From Eledone cirrhosa (lineage: Eukaryota), in the NCBI GenBank assembly GCA_964016885.1, contig OZ024752.1, forward strand, positions 36,146,001 through 36,210,000: a stretch of 64,000 nt of DNA. Reading direction: 5' to 3'. Under the pieces are notes generated by a model. That model made no database searches, was not told where the DNA came from, and was given only the letters and a program-made list of their open reading frames with translations. Made by a program: the position numbers and the translations under genes. Shown here one piece after another: positions 24,901 to 38,624 of the stretch (positions are counted from its first letter, which is position 1; the number at the start of each line of letters is the position of its first letter).

Positions 24901-27900
24901 TACTTGCAGTACACACTTTAAAGTGGTTGGTGTTAGGAAAGGCATCCAGCTGTAGAAACCATGCTTGCAGTACACACTTTAAAGTGGTTGGTGTTAGGAA
25001 AGGCATCTAGGTGTAGAAACCATGCTTGCAGTACACACTTTAAAGTGGTTGGTGTTAGGAAAGGCATCTAGGTGTAGAAACCATGCTTGCAGTACACACT
25101 TTAAAGTGGTTGGTGTTAGGAAAGGCATCTAGGTGTAGAAACCATGCTTGCAGTACACACTTTAAAGTGGTTGGTGTTAGGAAAGGCATCTAGGTGTAGA
25201 AACCATGCTTGCAGTACACACTTTAAAGTGGTTGGTGTTAGGAAAGGCATCTAGGTGTAGAAACCATGCTTGCAGTACACACTTTAAAGTGGTTGGTGTT
25301 AGGAAAGGCATCCAGCTGTAGAAACCATGCTTGCAGTACACACTTTAAAGTGGTTGGTGTTAGGAAAGGCATCTAGGTGTAGAAACCATGCTTGCAGTAC
25401 ACACTTTAAAGTGGTTGGTGTTAGGAAAGGCATCTAGGTGTAGAAACCATGCTTGCAGTACACACTTTAAAGTGGTTGGTGTTAGGAAAGGCATCTAGGT
25501 GTAGAAACCATGCTTGCAGTACACACTTTAAAGTGGTTGGTGTTAGGAAAGGCATCCAGCTGTAGAAACCATGCTTGCAGTACACACTTTAAAGTGGTTG
25601 GTGTTAGGAAAGGCATCTAGGTGTAGAAACCATGCTTGCAGTACACACTTTAAAGTGGTTGGTGTTAGGAAAGGCATCTAGGTGTAGAAACCATGCTTGC
25701 AGTACACACTTTAAAGTGGTTGGTGTTAGGAAAGGCATCTAGCTGTAGAAACCATGCTTGCAGTACAACCTTTAAAGTGGATGGTGTTAGGAAAGGCATC
25801 TAGGTGTAGAAACCATGCTTGCAGTACACACTTTAAAGTGGTTGGTGTTAGGAAAGGCATCCAGCTGTAGAAACCATACTTGCAGTACACACTTTAAAGT
25901 GGTTGGTGTTAGGAAAGGCATCTAGGTGTAGAAACCATGCTTGCAGTACACACTTTAAAGTGGTTGGTGTTAGGAAAGGCATCTAGGTGTAGAAACCATG
26001 CTTGCAGTACACACTTTAAAGTGGTTGGTGTTAGGAAAGGCATCTAGGTGTAGAAACCATGCTTGCAGTACACACTTTAAAGTGGTTGGTGTTAGGAAAG
26101 GCATCTAGGTGTAGAAACCATGCTTGCAGTACACACTTTAAAGTGGATGGTGTTAGGAAAGGCATCTAGGTGTAGAAACCATGCTTGCAGTACACACTTT
26201 AAAGTGGTTGGTGTTTGGAAAGGCATCTAGGTGTAGAAACCATGCTTGCAGTACACACTTTAAAGTGGTTGGTGTTAGGAAAGGCATCTAGCTGTAGAAA
26301 CCATGCTTGCAGTACAACCTTTAAAGTGGATGGTGTTAGGAAAGGCATCTAGGTGTAGAAACCATGCTTGCAGTACACACTTTAAAGTGGTTGGTGTTAG
26401 GAAAGGCATCCAGCTGTAGAAACCATGCTTGCAGTACACACTTTAAAGTGGTTGGTGTTAGGAAAGGCATCTAGGTGTAGAAACCATGCTTGCAGTACAC
26501 ACTTTAAAGTGGTTGGTGTTAGGAAAGGCATCTAGGTGTAGAAACCATGCTTGCAGTACACACTTTAAAGTGGTTGGTGTTAGGAAAGGCATCTAGGTGT
26601 AGAAACCATGCTTGCAGTACACACTTTAAAGTGGTTGGTGTTAGGAAAGGCATCTAGGTGTAGAAACCATGCTTGCAGTACACACTTTAAAGTGGTTGGT
26701 GTTAGGAAAGGCATCCAGCTGTAGAAACCATGCTTGCAGTACACACTTTAAAGTGGATGGTGTTAGGAAAGGCATCCAGCTGTAGAAACCATGCTTGCAG
26801 TACACACTTTAAAGTGGTTGGTGTTAGGAAAGGTATCTAGGTGTAGAAACCATGCTTGCAGTACACACTTTAAAGTGGATGGTGTTAGGAAAGGCATCCA
26901 GCTGTAGAAACCATGCTTGCAGTACACACTTTAAAGTGGTTGGTGTTAGGAAAGGTATCTAGGTGTAGAAACCATGCTTGCAGTACACACTTTAAAGTGG
27001 ATGGTGTTAGGAAAGGCATCTAGGTGTAGAAACCATGCTTGCAGTACACACTTTAAAGTGGATGGTGTTAGGAAAGGCATCTAGGTGTAGAAACCATGCT
27101 TGCAGTACACACTTTAAAGTGGATGGTGTTAGGAAAGGCATCCAGCTGTAGAAACCATGCTTGCAGTACACACTTTAAAGTGGTTGGTGTTAGGAAAGGT
27201 ATCCAGGTGTAGAAACCATGCTTGCAGTACACACTTTAAAGTGGATGGTGTTAGGAAAGGCATCCAGCTGTAGAAACCATGCTTGCAGTACACACTTTAA
27301 AGTGGTTGGTGTTAGGAAAGGCATCCAGCTGTAGAAACCATGCTTGCAGTACACACTTTAAAGTGGATGGTGTTAGGAAAGGCATCTAGGTGTAGAAACC
27401 ATGCTTGCAGTACACACTTTAAAGTGGATGGTGTTAGGAAAGGCATCTAGGTGTAGAAACCATGCTTGCAGTACACACTTTAAAGTGGTTGGTGTTAGGA
27501 AAGGTATCTAGGTGTAGAAACCATGCTTGCAGTACACACTTTAAAGTGGATGGTGTTAGGAAAGGCATCTAGGTGTAGAAACCATGCTTGCAGTACACAC
27601 TTTAAAGTGGATGGTGTTAGGAAAGGCATCTAGGTGTAGAAACTATGCTTGCAGTACACACTTTAAAGTGGTTGGTGTTAGGAAAGGCATCTAGCTGTAG
27701 AAACCATGCTTGCAGTACACACTTTAAAGTGGTTGGTGTTAGGAAAGGCATCTAGCTGTAGAAACCATGCTTGCAGTACACACTTTAAACTGGTTGGTGT
27801 TAGGAATGGCATCCAGCTGTAGAAACCATGCTTGCAGTACACACTTTAAAGTGGTTGGTGTTAGGAAAGGCATCTAGCTGTAGAAACCATGCTTGCAGTA

Positions 27901-30900
27901 CACACTTTAAAGTGGTTGGTGTTAGGAAAGGCATCTAGCTGTAGAAACCATGCTTGCAGTACACACTTTAAAGTGGTTGGTGTTAGGAAAGGCCTCTAGG
28001 TGTAGAAACCATGCTTGCAGTACACACTTTAAACTGGTTGGTGTTAGGAAAGGCATCCAGCTGTAGAAACCATGCTTGCAGTACACACTTTAAACTGGTT
28101 GGTGTTAGGAAAGGCATCTAGCTGTAGAAACCATGCTTGCAGTACACACTTTAAAGTGGTTGGTGTTAGGAAAGGCATCTAGGTGTAGAAACCATGCTTG
28201 CAGTACACACTTTAAAGTGGTTGGTGTTAGGAAAGGCATCCAGTTGCAGAAACCATGCTTGCAGTACACACTTTAAACTGGTTGGTGTTAGGAAAGGCAT
28301 CCAGCTGTAGAAACCATGCTTGCAGTACACACTTTAAAGTGGTTGGTGTTAGGAAAGGCATCTAGGTGTAGAAACCATGCTTGCAGTACACACTTTAAAG
28401 TGGTTGGTGTTAGGAAAGGCATCTAGCTGTAGAAACCATGCTTGCAGTACACACTTTAAAGTGGTTGGTGTTAGGAAAGGCATCTAGGTGTAGAAACCAT
28501 GCTTGCAGTACACACTTTAAAGTGGTTGGTGTTAGGAAAGGCATCCAGTTGCAGAAACCATGCTTGCAGTACACACTTTAAAGTGGTTGGTGTTAGGAAA
28601 GGCATCCAGCTGTAGAAACCATGCTTGCAGTACACACTTTAAAGTGGTTGATGTTAGGAAAGGCATCTAGCTGTAGAAACCATGCTTGCAGTACACACTT
28701 TAAAGTGGATGGTGTTAGGAAAGGCATCTAGGTGTAGAAACCATGCTTGCAGTACACACTTTAAAGTGGTTGGTGTTAGGAAAGGCATCCAGCTGTAGAA
28801 ACCATGCTTGCAGTTCACACTTTAAAGTGGTTGGTGTTAGGAAAGGCATCTAGCTGTAGAAACCATGCTTGCAGTACACACTTTAAAGTGGATGGTGTTA
28901 GGAAAGGCATCTAGCTGTAGAAACCATGCTTGCAGTACACACTTTAAAGTGGTTGGTGTTAGGAAAGGCATCTAGGTGTAGAAACCATGCTTGCAGTACA
29001 CACTTTAAAGTGGTTGGTGTTAGGAAAGGCATCTAGGTGTAGAAACCATGCTTGCAGTACACACTTTAAAGTGGTTGGTGTTAGGAAAGGCATCTAGCTG
29101 TAGAAACCATGCTTGCAGTACACACTTTAAAGTGGTTGGTGTTAGGAAAGGCCTCTAGGTGTAGAAACCATGCTTGCAGTACACACTTTAAAGTGGTTGG
29201 TGTTAGGAAAGGCATCTAGCTGTAGAAACCATGCTTGCAGTACACACTTTAAAGTGGTTGGTGTTAGGAAAGGCATCTAGCTGTAGAAACCATGCTTGCA
29301 GTACACACTTTAAAGTGGATGGTGTTAGGAAAGGCATCTAGGTGTAGAAACCATGCTTGCAGTACACACTTTAAAGTGGTTGGTGTTAGGAAAGGCATCC
29401 AGCTGTAGAAACCATGCTTGCAGTTCACACTTTAAAGTGGTTGGTGTTAGGAAAGGCATCTAGCTGTAGAAACCATGCTTGCAGTACACACTTTAAAGTG
29501 GATGGTGTTAGGAAAGGCATCTAGCTGTAGAAACCATGCTTGCAGTACACACTTTAAAGTGGTTGGTGTTAGGAAAGGCATCTAGCTGTAGAAACCATGC
29601 TTGCAGTACACACTTTAAAGTGGTTGGTGTTAGGAAAGGCATCTAGGTGTAGAAACCATGCTTGCAGTACACACTTTAAAGTGGTTGGTGTTAGGAAAGG
29701 CATCCAGCTGTAGAAACCATGCTTGCAGTACACACTTTAAAGTGGTTGGTGTTAGGAAAGGCATCTAGGTGAGGAAACCATGCTTGCAGTACACACTTTA
29801 AACTGGTTGGTGTTAGGAAAGGCATCTAGGTGAGGAAACCATGCTTGCAGTACACACTTTAAAGTGGTTGGTGTTAGGAAAGGCATCTAGGTGAGGAAAC
29901 CATGCTTGCAGTACACACTTTAAAGTGGTTGGTGTTAGGAAAGGCATCCAGCTGTAGAAACCATGCTTGCAGTACACACTTTAAAGTGGTTGGTGTTAGG
30001 AAAGGCATCTAGGTGTAGAAACCATGCTTGCAGTACACACTTTAAAGTGGTTGGTGTTAGGAAAGGCATCTAGGTGTAGAAACCATGCTTGCAGTACACA
30101 CTTTAAAGTGGTTGGTGTTAGGAAAGGCATCTAGCTGTAGAAACCATGCTTGCAGTACACACTTTAAAGTGGTTGGTGTTAGGAAAGGCCTCTAGGTGTA
30201 GAAACCATGCTTGCAGTACACACTTTAAAGTGGTTGGTGTTAGGAAAGGCATCTAGCTGTAGAAACCATGCTTGCAGTACACACTTTAAAGTGGTTGGTG
30301 TTAGGAAAGGCATCTAGGTGTAGAAACCATGCTTGCAGTACACACTTTAAAGTGGTTGGTGTTAGGAAAGGCATCCAGCTGTAGAAACCATGCTTGCAGT
30401 ACACACTTTAAAGTGGTTGGTGTTAGGAAAGGCATCTAGGTGTAGAAACCATGCTTGCAGTACACACTTTAAAGTGGTTGGTGTTAGGAAAGGCATCTAG
30501 GTGTAGAAACCATGCTTGCAGTACACACTTTAAAGTGGTTGGTGTTAGGAAAGGCCTCTAGGTTTAGAAACCATGCTTGCAGTACACACTTTAAAGTGGT
30601 TGGTGTTAGGAAAGGCATCTAGCTGTAGAAACCATGCTTGCAGTACACACTTTAAAGTGGTTGGTGTTAGGAAAGGCATCTAGGTGTAGAAACCATGCTT
30701 GCAGTACACACTTTAAAGTGGTTGGTGTTAGGAAAGGCATCTAGGTGTAGAAACCATGCTTGCAGTACACACTTTAAAGTGGTTGGTGTTAGGAAAGGCA
30801 TCTAGGTGTAGAAACCATGCTTGCAGTACACACTTTAAAGTGGTTGGTGTTAGGAAAGGCATCTAGGTGTAGAAACCATGCTTGCAGTACACACTTTAAA

Positions 30901-33900
30901 GTGGTTGGTGTTAGGAAAGGCCTCTAGGTGTAGAAACCATGCTTGCAGTACACACTTTAAAGTGGTTGGTGTTAGGAAAGGCATCCAGCTGTAGAAACCA
31001 TGCTTGCAGTACACACTTTAAAGTGGATGGTGTTAGGAAAGGCATCTAGCTGTAGAAACCATGCTTGCAGTACACACTTTAAAGTGGTTGGTGTTAGGAA
31101 AGGCATCTAGGTGTAGAAACCATGCTTGCAGTACACACTTTAAAGTGGTTGGTGTTAGGAAAGGCATCTAGGTGTAGAAACCATGCTTGCAGTACACACT
31201 TTAAAGTGGTTGGTGTTAGGAAAGGCATCTAGGTGTAGAAACCATGCTTGCAGTACACACTTTAAAGTGGTTGGTGTTAGGAAAGGCCTCTAGGTGTAGA
31301 AACCATGCTTGCAGTACACACTTTAAAGTGGTTGGTGTTAGGAAAGGCATCCAGCTGTAGAAACCATGCTTGCAGTACACACTTTAAAGTGGATGGTGTT
31401 AGGAAAGGCATCTAGGTGTAGAAACCATGCTTGCAGTACACACTTTAAAGTGGTTGGTGTTAGGAAAGGCATCTAGGTGTAGAAACCATGCTTGCAGTAC
31501 ACACTTTAAAGTGGTTGGTGTTAGGAAAGGCATCCAGCTGTAGAAACCATGCTTGCAGTACACACTTTAAAGTGGTTGGTGTTAGGAAAGGCATCTAGGT
31601 GTAGAAACCATGCTTGCAGTACACACTTTAAAGTGGTTGGTGTTAGGAAAGGCATCTAGGTGTAGAAACCATGCTTGCAGTACACACTTTAAAGTGGTTG
31701 GTGTTAGGAAAGGCATCTAGGTGTAGAAACCATGCTTGCAGTACACACTTTAAAGTGGTTGGTGTTAGGAAAGGCATCCAGCTGTAGAAACCATGCTTGC
31801 AGTACACACTTTAAAGTGGTTGGTGTTAGGAAAGGCATCTAGGTGTAGAAACCATGCTTGCAGTACACACTTTAAAGTGGTTGGTGTTAGGAAAGGCATC
31901 CAGCTGTAGAAACCATGCTTGCAGTACACACTTTAAAGTGGTTGGTGTTAGGAAAGGCATCTAGGTGTAGAAACCATGCTTGCAGTACACACTTTAAAGT
32001 GGTTGCTGTTAGGAAAGGCATCTAGGTGTAGAAACCATGCTTGCAATACACACTTTAAAGTGGTTGGTGTTAGGAAAGGCATCTAGGTGTAGAAACCATG
32101 CTTGCAGTACACACTTTAAAGTGGTTGGTGTTAGGAAAGGCATCCAGCTGTAGAAACCATGCTTGCAGTACACACTTTAAAGTGGTTGGTGTTAGGAAAG
32201 GCATCTAGGTGTAGAAACCATGCTTGCAGTACACACTTTAAAGTGGTTGCTGTTAGGAAAGGCATCTAGGTGTAGAAACCATGCTTGCAGTACACACTTT
32301 AAAGTGGTTGGTGTTAGGAAAGGCATCTAGGTGTAGAAACCATGCTTGCAGTACACACTTTAAAGTGGTTGGTGTTAGGAAAGGCATCCAGCTGTAGAAA
32401 CCATGCTTGCAGTACACACTTTAAAGTGGTTGGTGTTAGGAAAGGCATCCAGCTGTAGAAACCATGCTTGCAGTACACACTTTAAAGTGGTTGGTGTTAG
32501 GAAAGGCATCTAGCTGTAGAAACCATGCTTGCAGTACACACTTTAAAGTGGTTGCTGTTAGGAAAGGCATCTAGGTGTAGAAACCATGCTTGCAGTACAC
32601 ACTTTAAAGTGGTTGGTGTTAGGAAAGGCATCTAGGTGTAGAAACCATGCTTGCAGTACACACTTTAAAGTGGTTGGTGTTAGGAAAGGCATCTAGGTGT
32701 AGAAACCATGCTTGCAGTACACACTTTAAAGTGGTTGCTGTTAGGAAAGGCATCTAGGTGTAGAAACCATGCTTGCAGTACACACTTTAAAGTGGTTGGT
32801 GTTAGGAAAGGCATCTAGGTGTAGAAACCATGCTTGCAGTACACACTTTAAAGTGGTTGCTGTTAGGAAAGGTATCTAGGTGTAGAAACCATGCTTGCAG
32901 TACACACTTTAAAGTGGTTGGTGTTAGGAAAGGCATCTAGGTGTAGAAACCATGCTTGCAGTACACACTTTAAAGTGGATGGTGTTAGGAAAGGCATCTA
33001 GCTGTAGAAACCATGCTTGCAGTACACACTTTAAAGTGGTTGGTGTTAGGAAAGGCATCTAGGTGTAGAAACCATGCTTGCAGTACACACTTTAAAGTGG
33101 TTGGTGTTAGGAAAGGCATCTAGGTGTAGAAACCATGCTTGCAGTACACACTTTAAAGTGGTTGGTGTTAGGAAAGGCATCTAGGTGTAGAAACCATGCT
33201 TGCAGTACACACTTTAAAGTGGTTGGTGTTAGGAAAGGCATCCAGCTGTAGAAACCATGCTTGCAGTACACACTTTAAAGTGGTTGGTGTTAGGAAAGGC
33301 ATCTAGGTGAGGAAACCATGCTTGCAGTACACACTTTAAACTGGTTGGTGTTAGGAAAGGCATCTAGGTGAGGAAACCATGCTTGCAGTACACACTTTAA
33401 AGTGGTTGGTGTTAGGAAAGGCATCTAGGTGAGGAAACCATGCTTGCAGTACACACTTTAAAGTGGTTGGTGTTAGGAAAGGCATCCAGCTGTAGAAACC
33501 ATGCTTGCAGTACACACTTTAAAGTGGTTGGTGTTAGGAAAGGCATCTAGGTGTAGAAACCATGCTTGCAGTACACACTTTAAAGTGGTTGGTGTTAGGA
33601 AAGGCATCTAGGTGTAGAAACCATGCTTGCAGTACACACTTTAAAGTGGTTGGTGTTAGGAAAGGCATCTAGCTGTAGAAACCATGCTTGCAGTACACAC
33701 TTTAAAGTGGTTGGTGTTAGGAAAGGCCTCTAGGTGTAGAAACCATGCTTGCAGTACACACTTTAAAGTGGTTGGTGTTAGGAAAGGCATCTAGCTGTAG
33801 AAACCATGCTTGCAGTACACACTTTAAAGTGGTTGGTGTTAGGAAAGGCATCTAGGTGTAGAAACCATGCTTGCAGTACACACTTTAAAGTGGTTGGTGT

Positions 33901-36635
33901 TAGGAAAGGCATCCAGCTGTAGAAACCATGCTTGCAGTACACACTTTAAAGTGGTTGGTGTTAGGAAAGGCATCTAGGTGTAGAAACCATGCTTGCAGTA
34001 CACACTTTAAAGTGGTTGGTGTTAGGAAAGGCATCTAGGTGTAGAAACCATGCTTGCAGTACACACTTTAAAGTGGTTGGTGTTAGGAAAGGCCTCTAGG
34101 TTTAGAAACCATGCTTGCAGTACACACTTTAAAGTGGTTGGTGTTAGGAAAGGCATCTAGCTGTAGAAACCATGCTTGCAGTACACACTTTAAAGTGGTT
34201 GGTGTTAGGAAAGGCATCTAGGTGTAGAAACCATGCTTGCAGTACACACTTTAAAGTGGTTGGTGTTAGGAAAGGCATCTAGGTGTAGAAACCATGCTTG
34301 CAGTACACACTTTAAAGTGGTTGGTGTTAGGAAAGGCATCTAGGTGTAGAAACCATGCTTGCAGTACACACTTTAAAGTGGTTGGTGTTAGGAAAGGCAT
34401 CTAGGTGTAGAAACCATGCTTGCAGTACACACTTTAAAGTGGTTGGTGTTAGGAAAGGCCTCTAGGTGTAGAAACCATGCTTGCAGTACACACTTTAAAG
34501 TGGTTGGTGTTAGGAAAGGCATCCAGCTGTAGAAACCATGCTTGCAGTACACACTTTAAAGTGGATGGTGTTAGGAAAGGCATCTAGCTGTAGAAACCAT
34601 GCTTGCAGTACACACTTTAAAGTGGTTGGTGTTAGGAAAGGCATCTAGGTGTAGAAACCATGCTTGCAGTACACACTTTAAAGTGGTTGGTGTTAGGAAA
34701 GGCATCTAGGTGTAGAAACCATGCTTGCAGTACACACTTTAAAGTGGTTGGTGTTAGGAAAGGCATCTAGGTGTAGAAACCATGCTTGCAGTACACACTT
34801 TAAAGTGGTTGGTGTTAGGAAAGGCCTCTAGGTGTAGAAACCATGCTTGCAGTACACACTTTAAAGTGGTTGGTGTTAGGAAAGGCATCCAGCTGTAGAA
34901 ACCATGCTTGCAGTACACACTTTAAAGTGGATGGTGTTAGGAAAGGCATCTAGGTGTAGAAACCATGCTTGCAGTACACACTTTAAAGTGGTTGGTGTTA
35001 GGAAAGGCATCTAGGTGTAGAAACCATGCTTGCAGTACACACTTTAAAGTGGTTGGTGTTAGGAAAGGCATCCAGCTGTAGAAACCATGCTTGCAGTACA
35101 CACTTTAAAGTGGTTGGTGTTAGGAAAGGCATCTAGGTGTAGAAACCATGCTTGCAGTACACACTTTAAAGTGGTTGGTGTTAGGAAAGGCATCTAGGTG
35201 TAGAAACCATGCTTGCAGTACACACTTTAAAGTGGTTGGTGTTAGGAAAGGCATCTAGGTGTAGAAACCATGCTTGCAGTACACACTTTAAAGTGGTTGG
35301 TGTTAGGAAAGGCATCCAGCTGTAGAAACCATGCTTGCAGTACACACTTTAAAGTGGTTGGTGTTAGGAAAGGCATCTAGGTGTAGAAACCATGCTTGCA
35401 GTACACACTTTAAAGTGGTTGGTGTTAGGAAAGGCATCCAGCTGTAGAAACCATGCTTGCAGTACACACTTTAAAGTGGTTGGTGTTAGGAAAGGCATCT
35501 AGGTGTAGAAACCATGCTTGCAGTACACACTTTAAAGTGGTTGCTGTTAGGAAAGGCATCTAGGTGTAGAAACCATGCTTGCAATACACACTTTAAAGTG
35601 GTTGGTGTTAGGAAAGGCATCTAGGTGTAGAAACCATGCTTGCAGTACACACTTTAAAGTGGTTGGTGTTAGGAAAGGCATCCAGCTGTAGAAACCATGC
35701 TTGCAGTACACACTTTAAAGTGGTTGGTGTTAGGAAAGGCATCTAGGTGTAGAAACCATGCTTGCAGTACACACTTTAAAGTGGTTGCTGTTAGGAAAGG
35801 CATCTAGGTGTAGAAACCATGCTTGCAGTACACACTTTAAAGTGGTTGGTGTTAGGAAAGGCATCTAGGTGTAGAAACCATGCTTGCAGTACACACTTTA
35901 AAGTGGTTGGTGTTAGGAAAGGCATCCAGCTGTAGAAACCATGCTTGCAGTACACACTTTAAAGTGGTTGGTGTTAGGAAAGGCATCCAGCTGTAGAAAC
36001 CATGCTTGCAGTACACACTTTAAAGTGGTTGGTGTTAGGAAAGGCATCTAGCTGTAGAAACCATGCTTGCAGTACACACTTTAAAGTGGTTGCTGTTAGG
36101 AAAGGCATCTAGGTGTAGAAACCATGCTTGCAGTACACACTTTAAAGTGGTTGGTGTTAGGAAAGGCATCTAGGTGTAGAAACCATGCTTGCAGTACACA
36201 CTTTAAAGTGGTTGGTGTTAGGAAAGGCATCTAGGTGTAGAAACCATGCTTGCAGTACACACTTTAAAGTGGTTGCTGTTAGGAAAGGCATCTAGGTGTA
36301 GAAACCATGCTTGCAGTACACACTTTAAAGTGGTTGGTGTTAGGAAAGGCATCTAGGTGTAGAAACCATGCTTGCAGTACACACTTTAAAGTGGTTGCTG
36401 TTAGGAAAGGTATCTAGGTGTAGAAACCATGCTTGCAGTACACACTTTAAAGTGGTTGGTGTTAGGAAAGGCATCTAGGTGTAGAAACCATGCTTGCAGT
36501 ACACACTTTAAAGTGGATGGTGTTAGGAAAGGCATCTAGCTGTAGAAACCATGCTTGCAGTACACACTTTAAAGTGGTTGGTGTTAGGAAAGGCATCTAG
36601 CTTTAGACACCATGCTCTGAGTACACTCTGTAAAG
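12964..36635. repeat. 61-bp satellite array, ~23.7 kb, ~388 units
   Basis: Unit aaagtggttggtgttaggaaaggcatctaggtgtagaaaccatgcttgcagtacacacttt; shifts one base per 60-nt line; few variant positions. Confidence 0.99.
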
Positions 36636-36861
36636 TGTATGTATTAGTGCGCGAAGGCGGGAGGGGGGCACTCAACTTGCTAGAAATAGCAGATATATGT
36701 CTCTTATATCATTATCTACCGTTTTAAAATCCTCCAAATGTCACCAATGAGATAGTCATGGCTGGAATACTTTTACTCATAGGTCTGCTTCATCAGATAT
36801 GACATTGGGTTTTATAAATAACAAACAAAATACATAAAACTACATATATTATTATATACAA

Positions 36862-37049
36862 CATGCTTAGCGACATAAAGTTTCATCCCTTTTACGTTCT
36901 GAGTTCAAATCACACCGAGGTTAGCTTTGTCTTTCATCCTTACAGGGTCGATAAAATAAAGTACCAGTAATACACTGGTGGTAGATGTAACCGCCTTTCT
37001 CCCTCCCACAAAACATTGTTGGCCTTGTGCCTAAATCATAAACTATTAT
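36862..37049 (+). mobile_element. Type A SINE (long-tail variant)
   Basis: ctgagttcaaatc..ccgaggttagctttgtctttcatcc...gtaccagtaa...ggccttgtgcctaaa. Confidence 0.8.
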
Positions 37050-37477
37050 GGATACGTCAAAACGGCCGGTCTCAAAAGTGAAACTAATTTTTTACAGTTA
37101 CGTACACGTTATAAGAGTTATTTAAATTTATATATATAAAATAAACGAGCAAATAAGAGCATGATATAAAATCAGTCATGTGTGTGTGTGTGTACACGAA
37201 TGTAAAAGAATATATGTAGGGCATAGATAAGGTTTCCTAGAATTTTACACACACACACACGTGTATATATTATAGTGTGTATGTGTGCATATATAAGTGT
37301 ATATGTGTGTGTATTTTTACATTCGTTTACACACACACACACACACATGACTGACTTCATATCATGCTCTTATTTGCTCCTTTATTTTATATATATAAAT
37401 TTAAATAACTCTTATAACGTGTACGTAACTGTCAAAAATTAGTTTCACTTTTGAGACCGGCCGTTTTGACGTATGCC
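37050..37477. mobile_element. Mutator-like (foldback) MITE with ~150-bp TIRs
   Basis: Long inverted arms ggatacgtcaaaacggccggtctcaaaag... / ...cttttgagaccggccgttttgacgtatgcc; 9-bp TSD aactattat at 37041-37049 and 37478-37486. Confidence 0.85.
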
Positions 37478-37565
37478 AACTATTATTATATACTACACCA
37501 GTAATACACTGACTGGGTAATTGCGGGCCTTGTGCCAAAAGTAGAAACAATTATATACTACATGA

Positions 37566-37745
37566 GCGCGGTGGATTGGCAGTATCGGTAGAGGGTCGGA
37601 CGCCATACTTTGCAGCATAGTTACGTCCCTATACGGACTGAGTTCAAATCCCACCGAGGTTAACTTTGCCTTTCATCCTTACGGGGTTGATAAAATAAAG
37701 TACCAGTAATGCACTGGGTAATTGCTGGCCTTCTGCCAAAAGTAT
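37566..37745 (+). mobile_element. Type A SINE
   Basis: Full head gcggtggattggcagtatcggtagag through tail ggccttctgccaaaagta. Confidence 0.85.
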
Positions 37746-38467
37746 AAATTATATACTACATGAATATTAGTAATAAAAAAAAACGAAACAAAATAACGGA
37801 ATGTGGAGTGATTTTAAAGAAAAAAAGGGGCATTACTAATTCTAAGAAAATAGAGCCACAAGGTTACTTCAAATAACAAGGAAATCATTATAAAATGAAA
37901 TTACCATGGAAATATTCTTCTAATTCTTTCATTTGTACGATGTTTTATTTGTTTCGGGTTTGATATTCATTTGAGCAGTCCTATAATTAAATTTGTTCCT
38001 GTCGTGAAATATCCTGTTTGTTTTTGTTTTTTCAAAAGGCGGCAATGGTTTCATTTGAAAATGATCTGGCTGCTATTTCTAGCAGGTAGAGGCTTCTCTC
38101 TCTCTCTCTCACATTCTCTCTATATATCTCACTTTATCTGTTTTTATCTATCTCTCTCTTTATCTGTTTCTATCTATCTCTATCTATTGTCCCCTTTTCT
38201 TGTGCGCCCTTGTGGCTAATAAAGAAATATATCTATCTGTCTATCTCTCTCTCTCTCTCTCTCTCTTTTTATCTATCTATCTGTCTATCTGTCTCTCTTT
38301 ATCTGTTTCTATCTATCTCTATCTCTACTTTTTTACTCTATCTATTTATCTCTCTTGTTCGTGAAATTCGGTTTTGTTTTTCGCCACTTTAGTATACACG
38401 TGTTTACTTTAATATGTAAACGATTTCTATCGACATTGAGGTTACTCACTCAACAAGTTCCGTGTAT

Positions 38468-38527
<60 letters not shown>

Positions 38528-38624
38528 AAATATATATATTTATTTATATAGCATCATAATAATACCATCCCTCGATATTTGACTTTTATTATCTTTCCTA
38601 CGATCCTTTCACCAAGATAGCATT

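Noticed and set aside
12964-36635. CRISPR-like array
   Set aside because: Contiguous near-identical units with no unique spacers, no cas genes, and a eukaryotic context.
38355-38620. Possible 5'UTR exon/promoter with an acceptor just before the ATG
   Set aside because: Plausible (CpG-richer patch, pyrimidine tract then AG) but the splice signals are too weak to call without transcripts.
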